DNA from: an uncultured delta proteobacterium
GTDB lineage: Bacteria; Desulfobacterota; Zymogenia; Zymogenales; Zymogenaceae
Reading direction: 5' to 3'
NCBI GenBank assembly: GCA_963792965.1
Contig: CAWBYW010000035.1
Coordinates: forward strand, 51,721 to 115,720
Length of the DNA: 64,000 bases
Shown here: in pieces, positions 1-10,008 of the stretch
How the letters are laid out: every line of letters starts with the position of its first letter
Position numbering within the stretch: position 1 is the first letter of the stretch
Translations under genes and position numbers: made by a program
Notes under the pieces: generated by a model
Database searches by the model: none
What the model saw: the letters and a program-made list of their open reading frames with translations, nothing else
What the model was told of the DNA's origin: nothing

Positions 1-743
1 GCGCGGGGGTGGATGTCGGCATCCTCCGTCCGGCTGTACAGGATACGGGCCTCTTTGCCTATTGGACCGGTCATCGGGACCTGTTCACCGAAACGGCACA
101 GGGACTCGCCTCGCTCATAGACGGTCTGGGCGTCCGTGCCGTCGTCGCCGTCTCCGGCGCGGACCTGGGTGTGCTTCGGGCAAAATACCCTGAGTACGGT
201 GTCGTAATGAAGACCGAGGTATTCCATGCTACGGAGTTCTTGGAGCGTCTGATCGCCAAGGGAAAGCTGCGGCTGACGGGGTCCGTCCGGAAAAAGGTGA
301 CCTATCATGACCCGTGCTACCTCGGCCGCCAGAGCGAGCCTCCCCACCAATGGGAGGGGGAGTACCGGATGACGCATGGATGCATGACCTATTACCACCC
401 CCCCAAGCCGATTAATCGGGGAGTCAACGGGGTCTTCGACCCGCCGCGGAAGATTCTCGAGTCGATCCGTGGGCTCGACTTTGTCGAGATGCATCGCATC
501 CGCGAGTACTCCTTTTGTTGCGGCGGCGGGGGCGGGGTGCCCGAGGCATACCCGCGGCTTGCCGCCGGCACGGCGCTGCACCGGATCGACGAGGCCCGCT
601 CCGTGGGGGCGCAATCGATCGTTACGGCGTGTCTGCAATGCAGGCGCACCTTGTCCGCCCCGCACGGCTCGACCGCCGAGGGGTCGCTGCCGGTCATGGA
701 CATTATCGATCTCGTCTATGAAGCCGCCGATATCAGGAAGTGA
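1..743 (+). CDS. Fe-S oxidoreductase, cysteine-rich CCG domain (HdrD/GlpC/GlcF family); 5'-truncated by the window
   Basis: Motifs VTYHDPCYLGR, CCGGGGG and IVTACxxC typical of the C-terminal CCG domain; frame open from the window edge. Confidence 0.85.
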   Translation, partial: AGVDVGILRPAVQDTGLFAYWTGHRDLFTETAQGLASLIDGLGVRAVVAVSGADLGVLRAKYPEYGVVMKTEVFHATEFLERLIAKGKLRLTGSVRKKVTYHDPCYLGRQSEPPHQWEGEYRMTHGCMTYYHPPKPINRGVNGVFDPPRKILESIRGLDFVEMHRIREYSFCCGGGGGVPEAYPRLAAGTALHRIDEARSVGAQSIVTACLQCRRTLSAPHGSTAEGSLPVMDIIDLVYEAADIRK

Positions 744-752
744 GGCACAACC

Positions 753-2225
753 ATGGAACCGAAGATAGACGAACGGCTCAGATCCATCCTGCCCGACCAG
801 TGCATCAGCGCCGACGCTCACGAGACGGGTACGTCGCTGACCGATAATCCCGTGGTCGACGTTGGAATACCGCCGAGCCGGATCGTCCGGCCGCAAAACG
901 CAGACGAGCTGAAAAACGTCGTCGAGCTTTCCAACAAAGAACGTCTCAATTTGACGCTCACGTCTTCCACCGGCAGACACACGAAAGGAGGGATCGCGGC
1001 ACAGCACGAGAGCATCCTCATCGACCTGTCGTCATGGAAGGGACTCGAATGGACCGACCGTCGAAATCGCGTCTGTATGATCCAGCCGGGGGTTACGTAC
1101 GGCGAGCTGTCGGAGGCCCTCGGCAGACACGGCATGGTCGTGCCCATGCCACTTTCCCCCCGAAATGGTAAAAGCGTCATTGCGTCGGTGACGGACCGGG
1201 AACCCTCAAGTTGGCCCAACAGGCAGTGGGACTTCGGCGATCCCGTCGCAAGCACCGAGGTCATCTTCGGAAACGGCTCGCCGTTTCGGACCGGGGCGGC
1301 GGGCGGCCCCGGCACGCTTGAGATGCAGCGGAAAGCCGGCGGTGCCCAAAAATATTCGGGGGGACCATCCCAGACGGACCTCCACCGTGTGGTGCAGGGC
1401 TCCCAGGGGACCATCGGCGTCATCACGTGGATCACCATCCGCACGGAAATAAAGCCCACGATAAACAAACCGTTCCTCCTCGGTGCCGAGAGCCTCGACG
1501 CCCTGATACCGTTCATTTATGAGATTGGCCGCCCCGGCCTCGGGGAAGAGATCTTCGTGCTGAATCGCCGGGCACTCACCATGCTCATCGGAAAAGCAAA
1601 CGGGGGCTCGCCACGGGACCCCTCCGGCGCCCTCCCCCCATACGTCTGCCTGGTAAATATCGCCGGATTTGAGCGCCTTGCCCGGGAGCGGGTTCGATAT
1701 CAGGAACACGATATCCGTAAAATCTCCGATCGATGCGGGTTATCGCTCGCACACGCCGTCGGCCCGGTTTCGGCCGAGGAGCTCTTGGACACGGCGACCA
1801 AACCGTGCGGGGAGATCGACTGGAGACATAAAGCGGCCGGACACTGCCTCTCCGTCTTTTTCCTGTCCACGCTCGATCGAACGCCGGCGCTAACCGAGGT
1901 CTTCATCAAAACGGCGATCAGACATAAGCTGGACCCCAAAAACGTCGGCGTTTATGTCCAGCCCATCGTGCAGCATCATGCGTGCCACGTCGAATTCATG
2001 TTCCCGTTTGACCCCGAGCGGAAAAAGGATTCGGACCGCGTCCGCTCCTTCGAAGAGGAAGTCGTCATAAAGCTGGCCGGCGACGGCGCCTTTTTCAGCA
2101 GGCCCTACGGCGCCGCCCAAGGAGTCGTATTCCAGCAAAACCCGATCCATCACCGGCTGCTCAAACAGGTAAAAGAGATCTTTGATCCCCATCGAGTGCT
2201 CAACAGGGGGAAGTGGGACCTGTGA
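753..2225 (+). CDS. FAD-binding oxidoreductase (GlcD/FAD-linked oxidase family)
   Basis: IVRPQNADE, IQPGVTY, GSQGTIGVIT and C-terminal KEIFDPHRVLNRGK motifs of FAD_binding_4/FAD-oxidase_C. Confidence 0.85.
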   Translation: MEPKIDERLRSILPDQCISADAHETGTSLTDNPVVDVGIPPSRIVRPQNADELKNVVELSNKERLNLTLTSSTGRHTKGGIAAQHESILIDLSSWKGLEWTDRRNRVCMIQPGVTYGELSEALGRHGMVVPMPLSPRNGKSVIASVTDREPSSWPNRQWDFGDPVASTEVIFGNGSPFRTGAAGGPGTLEMQRKAGGAQKYSGGPSQTDLHRVVQGSQGTIGVITWITIRTEIKPTINKPFLLGAESLDALIPFIYEIGRPGLGEEIFVLNRRALTMLIGKANGGSPRDPSGALPPYVCLVNIAGFERLARERVRYQEHDIRKISDRCGLSLAHAVGPVSAEELLDTATKPCGEIDWRHKAAGHCLSVFFLSTLDRTPALTEVFIKTAIRHKLDPKNVGVYVQPIVQHHACHVEFMFPFDPERKKDSDRVRSFEEEVVIKLAGDGAFFSRPYGAAQGVVFQQNPIHHRLLKQVKEIFDPHRVLNRGKWDL

Positions 2226-2280
2226 TCGGCCCCGATAGACGAGCGGGGGTTGCTGACGTTCAAGAAAAAGGGAGTCTTCG

Positions 2281-4011
2281 ATGCTTACCGATAAAGAGCT
2301 CCAGACGCTCGAGGATATCGTTTCTCCGCGGTGGGTTTTCACCTCACCGTGCATGATGGACACCTATTCTTTTTATATGAATCCCGAGACGCTCAACCGT
2401 GAGGGGGGGCGCTGGACGCCCCGACCCGTGGCGGTCGTCCTGCCAAGCAGCACGAAAGAGGTGCAGGAAATCATGCGGTTCTGCAACTCGACCGACCTCA
2501 TGGCAAAACCGCTTTCAACGGGATTCCATACCGTTGCGGCGGCATCACGCGACCGGGTGATCGTCCTGGATCTGAAACGTATGAACCGGATAATCGATAT
2601 CGACGTGAAGAATCAGATCGCCATCGTCGAGCCCTACGTCAAGGCCTACGAGCTCCAATCCGAGCTCTTCAAGCACGGCCTCAACGTGCACATCATATCG
2701 TCGGGCAGCAACCATTCCATCCTTGCCTCCCACGCCGCCGCATGGGGATACGGCTTCAGCGGCCCCTCGACAAGCCACAGCGGCAGGAATCTCTTGGGTG
2801 TCGAATGGGTGTTGCCGACCGGCGACGTCTACACGCTCGGCAGCGGCGGCATCGGAACCGGCTGGTTCACCGCCGACGGACCCGGCCCATCCATGAGGGG
2901 GATCCTTCGGGGATTTTCCGGGACGTTTGGCGGGTTGGGCGTCTTCACCAAGTGCGCGGTGAAACTCTATAATTGGAGCGGCCCCAGCACCTGGGAGGTG
3001 CGCGGGAAGGCCCCGGTCTATTTCCTGAAAGAATGTCCACGCAACATCCGGATGAATATACTCTCCTTTCCCACGGCCCAGGCCATGAGGGACGCGGGAT
3101 ACAAGCTCGGAGAGGCCCAGATCGAGTTTGCGCAGTTTCGCACCCCCATGTTCTTTGTCGCGCTCGGGCTCACCGAGAACAACGAAGAGCTCAAGACGGC
3201 CCTGGAAACCGGGATATTCGAAAAGATCGCCAATTACGTGCTGGTCAATGCCGTCGTCGGCAATTCCGAGGGGGAGCTTAAATGGAAGATGAAGGCCATG
3301 AGGGAGATTCTCAAAGAGACCGGGGGCGTGTCGTTTCCCCTCTTCTTGAAGCCTTCCGCGAAGATGCTCGAGATCGTCCGCAAGATGAGGCGCTCGCCCT
3401 TCACGGGTTGGATGATCGACGGCATAAAGGATCCGCTGTTGCCGCTACGACGATTCCCCTTCCTGCAACGGATCGTCGATCAGCTTCCTATCGGCCGGCA
3501 AAACCGAATTGAGACCTATTCGAGGCTGTTTTGGCTCCTCGTCCGGAACGCCGTGAACACCCAGGCGACCTCGCGTCCTTCCCAGGGGATGAACACGATG
3601 ATGGGATCCTTCGATACGTGGGACCTCGGCGTCCGCCAGTCCGAGTGGATCGCGGGGGCTAAGCAAAAATACATCAGGCGCGGACACATCGTGGACGATG
3701 GGGGCGACCTCGGCTGCGGGGGAACGTACGAAGGAGGTCACCTCGGCTACATTGAGGGGATCATCCTCTATAACACGAAGGACCAGCAGTCCATCATCGA
3801 TACGGGCGACCTGATCAACGAGGGAATCGACGCCACTATCCAGCAGGCGATGGGTATCCCGATCGCCGGTATGGGCGTCGCGATGAACGAACGGCTCGGC
3901 CCCGCGTGCGGCAATTATCATATATGGCAAAGCAAGATTAAGAAGGCGCTTGACCCGAACAACGCATCCGATCCGTTCTTCTACGCCGAGCCCGAGAAGG
4001 ATGAAACGTAA
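2281..4011 (+). CDS. FAD-binding oxidoreductase (GlcD/FAD-linked oxidase family), second paralog
   Basis: PVAVVLPSSTKEVQ, LDLKRMNRIIDID, VEWVLPTG, GGLGVFTKCAVKL, KKALDPN; GGGAG RBS upstream. Confidence 0.85.
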   Translation: MLTDKELQTLEDIVSPRWVFTSPCMMDTYSFYMNPETLNREGGRWTPRPVAVVLPSSTKEVQEIMRFCNSTDLMAKPLSTGFHTVAAASRDRVIVLDLKRMNRIIDIDVKNQIAIVEPYVKAYELQSELFKHGLNVHIISSGSNHSILASHAAAWGYGFSGPSTSHSGRNLLGVEWVLPTGDVYTLGSGGIGTGWFTADGPGPSMRGILRGFSGTFGGLGVFTKCAVKLYNWSGPSTWEVRGKAPVYFLKECPRNIRMNILSFPTAQAMRDAGYKLGEAQIEFAQFRTPMFFVALGLTENNEELKTALETGIFEKIANYVLVNAVVGNSEGELKWKMKAMREILKETGGVSFPLFLKPSAKMLEIVRKMRRSPFTGWMIDGIKDPLLPLRRFPFLQRIVDQLPIGRQNRIETYSRLFWLLVRNAVNTQATSRPSQGMNTMMGSFDTWDLGVRQSEWIAGAKQKYIRRGHIVDDGGDLGCGGTYEGGHLGYIEGIILYNTKDQQSIIDTGDLINEGIDATIQQAMGIPIAGMGVAMNERLGPACGNYHIWQSKIKKALDPNNASDPFFYAEPEKDET

Positions 4012-4027
4012 TAGAGGGAGACTCACG

Positions 4028-5071
4028 ATGAGCAGGTCCGTAATTGAGCAATGGTCCGGTCCCGGGAAAAAGGACGGCACGATCAATTTGATCGCGCCCG
4101 TCGAGAATGCCGTTCATGAGGTGGAGGGCAGGACGTACCTTGAGTGGTGGTATTTTGACGCCATCCTCGAGTCCGGCCATGTGGTCGTGGGGTTTCTCCA
4201 GGCATCGGAGCTCTTGAGCCGCAAACCCGGCGTGGAGCTCCACATCTATCAACCCTCGGGAGAGAAGCTGTCGGTGATCCGTCCCTATACAAAGGCGGAC
4301 CTGAATATCTCGCCGGAGATATGCGACGTGCGGGTGGGCAACAATAGCGCGAAAGTTACCTACCCTGTCGGAGGGGGCCTGCCGACTTACCGGCTTCATA
4401 TCGCCGAGGGGGAGCTTGCGGCCGATCTGACTTTTACCGTTCGGATCCCGGGATGGAGGCCCGGCCAGGGCAAGACGATCTACGGCAACAGCGGCTATTT
4501 CGCCTGGATCGTCCCGATCCCGAGGGCGGACGTCGAGGGCACGATCACGGTCAACGGCACGGTCATTCCCGCCAAGGGCGTGGGCTATCACGACCACAAC
4601 TGGGGAACGGCCGACATGAAAAGGATCCTCACCCACTGGTACTGGGGGAGGATCTACGCGGAGGATTTCACGCTGATCTATGCCTACGTGCGGACCAACC
4701 GGCGCTACGCCAATGCCTGCTCAAAGCCGCTGATGATCGCGCATAAGGATCAGATCATCCAGAGTACCGGCGAGTGGGAGCTAACCGAAGGCCGGCCCGT
4801 CTTCAATAAGAGGGCCAATCGGTCCTACCCCGAGCACGTGACCATCGACGCGCCGGGCGTCTTTTCCCTCCGGCTGGACGTCAAAGAGGTCATCGACGCG
4901 CACGATTTCCTCGAGAATCTGAATCCCGCCCTGCGGTGGGCGATCAACAAGACGTTGGGGCGGCCGGGATACTTCCGCTTCAAGTCAGACTATCTCCTCA
5001 GTGTCACCCACGACGATAAGACGTTCCGCCGCACGGGCGTAACCCCCCATGAGATGGTGGCACTGAAATAG
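4028..5071 (+). CDS. CrtC/AttH/tocopherol-cyclase-like lipocalin-fold protein
   Basis: EWWYFDA and GYHDHNWG...WYWGR motifs; ATG 4028 with GAGGGAG RBS. Confidence 0.65.
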   Translation: MSRSVIEQWSGPGKKDGTINLIAPVENAVHEVEGRTYLEWWYFDAILESGHVVVGFLQASELLSRKPGVELHIYQPSGEKLSVIRPYTKADLNISPEICDVRVGNNSAKVTYPVGGGLPTYRLHIAEGELAADLTFTVRIPGWRPGQGKTIYGNSGYFAWIVPIPRADVEGTITVNGTVIPAKGVGYHDHNWGTADMKRILTHWYWGRIYAEDFTLIYAYVRTNRRYANACSKPLMIAHKDQIIQSTGEWELTEGRPVFNKRANRSYPEHVTIDAPGVFSLRLDVKEVIDAHDFLENLNPALRWAINKTLGRPGYFRFKSDYLLSVTHDDKTFRRTGVTPHEMVALK

Positions 5072-5167
5072 CCGTCGAGATCGAGGCGACACATGCGCGC
5101 TTTACAGGATCGTACATCTATGGTATGTAGAGCACGGTCTGTTTAATCCTGAGCGGCAGTAAAGCAC

Positions 5168-5821
5168 ATGACAAAGCATCAACAGTCACAGGAGACCTGG
5201 CGCCAAATCCTGGACTCCGCCGAGGACCTCTTCGCGAAGCAGGGGTACGAGGGCGCCTCCACGCGCGAGATAGCCAGGGGCGCGGGCATTTCGATCAACA
5301 CCCTCCACTACCATTGCGGCGGAAAGAGGAACCTCTACGAGAAAGTGCTGGAGAGGGCCGTCGTATCGGTGACGGACCTCGTTAATGCGCACGTCGACTT
5401 GATCCTCCAAAAGGACGTGAACGATGTCGGCATGCTTGAGGAATCGATCACGAGGCTCATCAATGACCTGTTCGATATCCTCTCCGAGCACCCGAACTAC
5501 GCCCGGCTCTTTCTTCGCCAGCTGTTGGTCACCGATCTCGACCTGAGGAGCGTCGAGTGGGAAAAGCTTGTCCCGACCATTCACCTCTGGTCCGAAAGGA
5601 TAGAGTCACAGGTGACCGAGGAGAGGCTCGGCGGGATGAATCTCTTCCTTTTCTTCCTCTCCGCAAGCCTCATCTACTGGGGGCTCTTTGTCCAGCCCAA
5701 GTTCATCGCGAAGTATCTCGGGCTCGATCCGGACTCCAATGAGTTTCTCACGGTTCTCAAGAACCACGCAAGAGAAATGACGCTCAGGATGATCGAGCAG
5801 CGCCGTCCCTCCGGACCATAA
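5168..5821 (+). CDS. TetR/AcrR family transcriptional regulator
   Basis: N-terminal HTH ILDSAEDLFAKQGYEGASTREIARGAGISINTLHYH. Confidence 0.9.
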   Translation: MTKHQQSQETWRQILDSAEDLFAKQGYEGASTREIARGAGISINTLHYHCGGKRNLYEKVLERAVVSVTDLVNAHVDLILQKDVNDVGMLEESITRLINDLFDILSEHPNYARLFLRQLLVTDLDLRSVEWEKLVPTIHLWSERIESQVTEERLGGMNLFLFFLSASLIYWGLFVQPKFIAKYLGLDPDSNEFLTVLKNHAREMTLRMIEQRRPSGP

Positions 5822-6197
5822 CCCTTGTCGCATCCACGGACTCTCCCGAAACCCCTGCCGGACCTATTATAGCGCCCTTCCCTGCATCGGCGTCCCCGTG
5901 CTGCTGAGTGGCGGAGGGAAGGATAGTGGCCGCCGAGCCCCAGGAAAACAACATCTGCCCAACTTTTTCATTTCGATAACGTATCGCGTCATTTATATAA
6001 ACTTCTCTATAATTATGGATTTTTAATATTGACATTCCCGCACGAAACTGCTTTATAGTATTTGAATTTTTCTAAGCCATCTTGCATCATGCTCCTGTGG
6101 ATTTCCCCGTGAAACTGAGCATCCGTTCGTGCCTGCTGCACGAACTCACCATTGGGCAGAAACCTTGCTTTCGCTATCAATCTTCGGGAGGTATCCG

Positions 6198-8973
6198 ATG
6201 AAATCATATCGACTGTACGCCATCTTGATCTCTCTCCTTGTGATCCTTTCGGCCGGCATATTCGTGCCGGGCGCCGCGCTTGCGGCGGACACCGATTCGT
6301 CTCATTCCGTCTACTTCCGGCCGGCCATCAGGTTCGGGACGGACAACCGGACGCTCTACATCCTCGATCTTTTGGCGCCGGTCTATCGGGGCGACAAGGA
6401 CCTCTTCTTTGTCAACGCGAAGTTCACCCCCGACGACCTCGACGCCTGGGAGATCGAACGCGGGCCTCGGGTACCGTCGGCTCGTCCTGGACGACAAACT
6501 CCTTCTCGGCGGGAACCTCTTCTATGACCACCGGAAGACCTCCTACGGCTCCCACTTCAACCAGATCGGGCTGGGCGCCGAGGCGATGACGGAGATCAAG
6601 GGGATCGGCCTGACGGGACGGATCAACTACTATCAGCCGTTCGATAAGGTCAGGAAGGGCGAAGACTCCGCCTACGCCTTTTACGGCAACGGCATCTACG
6701 GCGCCGGCGTCGAGGAGGCGATGACGGGCCTCGACTACGAGGCGGGCGTGCGCATCCCCTTTGTCTCGAACTACGTGGAGACCTGGGCCTACGCGGGGGG
6801 GTATAACTTCTTCGGAAGCCACGTGCCGGACGTGAACGGGTTCTCGGCCCGGATCGAGGCCATACCCACCGATTTCATGCGGCTGAACTTCGAGTATAGA
6901 AACGATAACGTCGACCACGACCAGTTCTACGGCGAGGTGGCCTTTGAAGTGCCCTTCTCCGTCGGCAACCTCGTGACGGGCAAGAACCCCTTCGAGGGCC
7001 TCGGCTCCCGCATCGGGGGCACCCGGGATCTCAAGGGGCGGATGGTGGAGCCGGTGCGGCGTGATGTGGACATCGTCGTGAAGGACGGCGCGCTTTCCCC
7101 CGAGGAAGCCGCCGCCAACGGCGACATGGCCGCCGGCGCGATCTTCGTCTCCGACAACGCGCCTACCGGCGGGGACGGCTCATTTGAGCACCCGTACAAC
7201 AACCTCGGGGACGCGGCCAATGATCTCCGCCTGGGCAACACCATCAGCATCGTTCACGTGCTTCCGGGCAACGGCTCGGGCCTTTCGGGAGAGACGTTCA
7301 ACCAGGCGGGCATCACCATCTGGGGCGCGGGGGCGGCTAACCCCGCCTTCCCGAACGTGGTCAACTTCGTGCAGGGCTGGCCCCTCGTTTACTCGACGCT
7401 CTCCATGGGCGGCCCGAACATGAAGGTGCTGGGGCTCAACCTTGACGTCTCGAACTACAGCGCCATAGAGGTTCAGACCGGCGCCCTGTCCACGGGCTTT
7501 TCGATTTTCTCAAACAGGATATCCAACCACGGGGGGATCTACGGGATCCACGCGGAAGGCTTGGGAGACGTCGGCGCGCCGGGCGCGCCCGCGATCATCT
7601 CCGGCAACAGCATCACGGTAGGCTCCGGCAATGGCTTAAACGCGGCGATAGGGACGTATCTCGAATCGTACGAGGGCAACATCTACGCCCGGATACTCAA
7701 CAACGCGATAACGGACCTCGAAGGCGAATACCACGCGGCCGGAATCGAAGTAACCGCGGACAGCGGAGATTTTATCGGCTCGATTTCCGGAAACACCATC
7801 TCAGGGATCTACTCGGGTGGAGAATCCTACGGGATCTATGTAGGTGCCGGTAATGATTTCAGGGGCGACATTTCTGGAAACAGGATCTCCGACATCGATG
7901 CCTTTGACAACTACGGGATCTCCGCGATCGGCATCTACGTCGGAGCGGACAACAACATGGCGGCCTCCATCTCCGGAAACACCGTCAGCGGCATCTACGC
8001 CGACTATGCCGATGGAGCCTACGCGTCCGGCATCTCTGTAGAAGCGAACGACGGAGACGTTACCGGCTCGATTACCGGAAACACCGTCAGCGACGTCAGC
8101 GCCTCCGACGCCTATCGTACCGAAGCCAGCGGGATTGACGCTTACGCGGATGGTGATTTTACCGGCTCGATCACCGGAAACAGGGTCAGCGGCATCCACG
8201 CCGGCCCCGCCGAAGAAGCCTACGCGTCCGGCATCTCTGCAGAAGCTGACAACGGAGACTTTACCGGCTCGATTACCGGAAACGCCGTCAGCGATGTCAG
8301 CGCCTCCGACGCCTACGATGCCGAAGCGTACGGGATTTACATTTATGCGGACGGTGATTTTACCGGCTCAATCTCCAAGAACACCGTCAGCGGCATCTAT
8401 GCCGACTCTAACGGAGAAGCCTACGCGTACGGGATTTACGGTTACGCGAATGGTGATTTCCCCGGCTCGATCTCCAAAAACACGATAACGGGGGTGAGCG
8501 CCGACGGCGCCGACTGGGGCTCGGCGAACGGTATTGAGGCGGATACGGACGGCATGTTCGGCGGCTCGATTTCCGGAAATAAGATATCCGGTGTCGATGG
8601 CTGGGATAATGCGGCGGGGATCCGTCTCTCTGCCAACGATGACATCACGGGGTCCATAACGAACAACCTCCTGGAGGTCACCGCCGAATATGACGCGTAC
8701 GGCCTGATAGCGGGTACGTCCGGCTCCCTTGGGACGGCCTCGTCGCCCCTCATCTTCACCGGAAACAGCGGGACCGTCAACGCGCTGGCCGCCTATATGG
8801 CGTACCTGTATACGGGCACCCCGTCTACGAGCAGCGTCTACATCGGGCACGGCCACGACGACATGGGCGATAACCACTTTTCCACCACCGGCGCTTGGGC
8901 CGGCAACTATCCTGGCTCCGGCGGCCGGATCTGGGCCGAGTGGTATCCGGGCTTTAACTACATCCATCCGTAG
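6198..8973 (+). CDS. Inverse-autotransporter beta-barrel protein with right-handed beta-helix passenger; one frameshift near 6450
   Basis: Signal peptide from ATG 6198 (GGGAGG RBS). NAGLGYRRL...GGNLFYD...QIGLGAE...RMVEPVRRDVDIVV is intimin/invasin-type barrel. Then GDGSFEHPY and G-D-F-x-G-S-I-x-G-N-x-V-S repeats. Removing one base at about 6456 joins ORFs 6129 and 6280. Confidence 0.7.
7750..8680 (+). repeat. Intragenic tandem repeats of about 33 aa (about 100 nt; about 200-nt two-unit period) encoding beta-helix rungs
   Basis: Recurrent accggctcgat(t/c)accggaaac(a/g)ccgtcagcg; 7981-8180 closely resembles 8182-8380. Confidence 0.85.
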
Positions 8974-9013
8974 GTCCTAACGGGCCTCGGCACAGCCAGA
9001 GGTAAAACGAAAG

Positions 9014-9039
9014 AGGGGAGGGATAAATATCCCTCCCCT
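9014..9039. terminator. Likely bidirectional intrinsic terminator
   Basis: aggggagggata-aa-tatccctcccct hairpin between convergent genes. Confidence 0.7.
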
Positions 9040-9112
9040 TTCATATTCTCCTCTCGGATTAATGTCTAACGTCGCCCCTCCCGCGCCGGTCGTCTCTTCC
9101 ATCGGCGGGCTC

Positions 9113-9706
9113 TCACTTCTTTTCCAGCGCGAAATAGCAGACCTCGTCCCCCTTCGCCATACATTTGGTCTCGCGCGACAAATACTTCCCTTTCCCGAAT
9201 GCCCAGTCGGCCAGGAACTGGATTGCCCCCTCATACACGGCGCACATGCTTCGCTTGGTCTTGTTCTTATACTCCAGGCACATGAAGCAATCCGGGACCG
9301 TCAATTCGTCCGGCTCATTGTCCTTAAGGACGGAGGTCCCCTTGCCGGAAATCACGGAGAATATTTTGAGTCCCTCGTGGAACTTCTCGAGCTCCGCCAA
9401 AGCGTTGAAGTTATCCAGCATGTGGCCCCTCTCCACGGCATACTGCATAACCGTATAGGCGATTCTCCTCCAGAGGCTGATAGCGCCGTTGAGCCCCATG
9501 ACATCGACGATATTCATATAGAACTTGATCTGTTCGGTGGTTGGAATGCACGGCTCAAAATTATATTCCGGAGGATTCTGTACGATATGTGCGAGCCCCG
9601 CGTTCCTGAAGAGCACTTCCGTCCCGTTCTTGCCCATGATCTCCACCATCGCATCGACCGCCCCCCTGATCGCCATGTTCGTGGCCATTTTCACTTGTTC
9701 CGCCAT
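9113..9706 (-). CDS. Stand-alone V4R (4-vinyl reductase) domain protein, paralog 1
   Basis: CFMC...SMCAVYEG...ETKCMAKGDEVCYF V4R Cys pattern; ATG 9706 with GAGGT RBS. Confidence 0.8.
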   Translation of the reverse strand: MAEQVKMATNMAIRGAVDAMVEIMGKNGTEVLFRNAGLAHIVQNPPEYNFEPCIPTTEQIKFYMNIVDVMGLNGAISLWRRIAYTVMQYAVERGHMLDNFNALAELEKFHEGLKIFSVISGKGTSVLKDNEPDELTVPDCFMCLEYKNKTKRSMCAVYEGAIQFLADWAFGKGKYLSRETKCMAKGDEVCYFALEKK

Positions 9707-10008
9707 ATACGACCTCACTATGTATATAAAAGTTTTCCCAGTAGATAATTATCACTTTCACCGAAGAAATGGAAGAGAAAACAGTATCTTCATTTGCCAT
9801 TTTCTGAGATACCTGCTTTACGCATCCGCCGGTTTCGCATACCCCTCCGGTCTTCTGATACGTGCTGGATCTTTCCCATGAGCGTTCTCCAAAAATGAAT
9901 CGGGGAATCGCCCCATCCGCAATTCCCCGATATCATTTTACGCCGCGAGCATGCCCGCCGATGTCAGACCCCGGGCCTGCCCGTCCCTCGTGACCTTTCT
10001 ACTTCACC

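Noticed and set aside
6075-6190. Riboswitch in the inverse-autotransporter leader
   Set aside because: Short stems are present but I could not match conserved c-di-GMP, SAM or other aptamer motifs.
7750-8680. Repeats as a CRISPR array
   Set aside because: In-frame degenerate coding repeats with no unique spacers and no cas genes.
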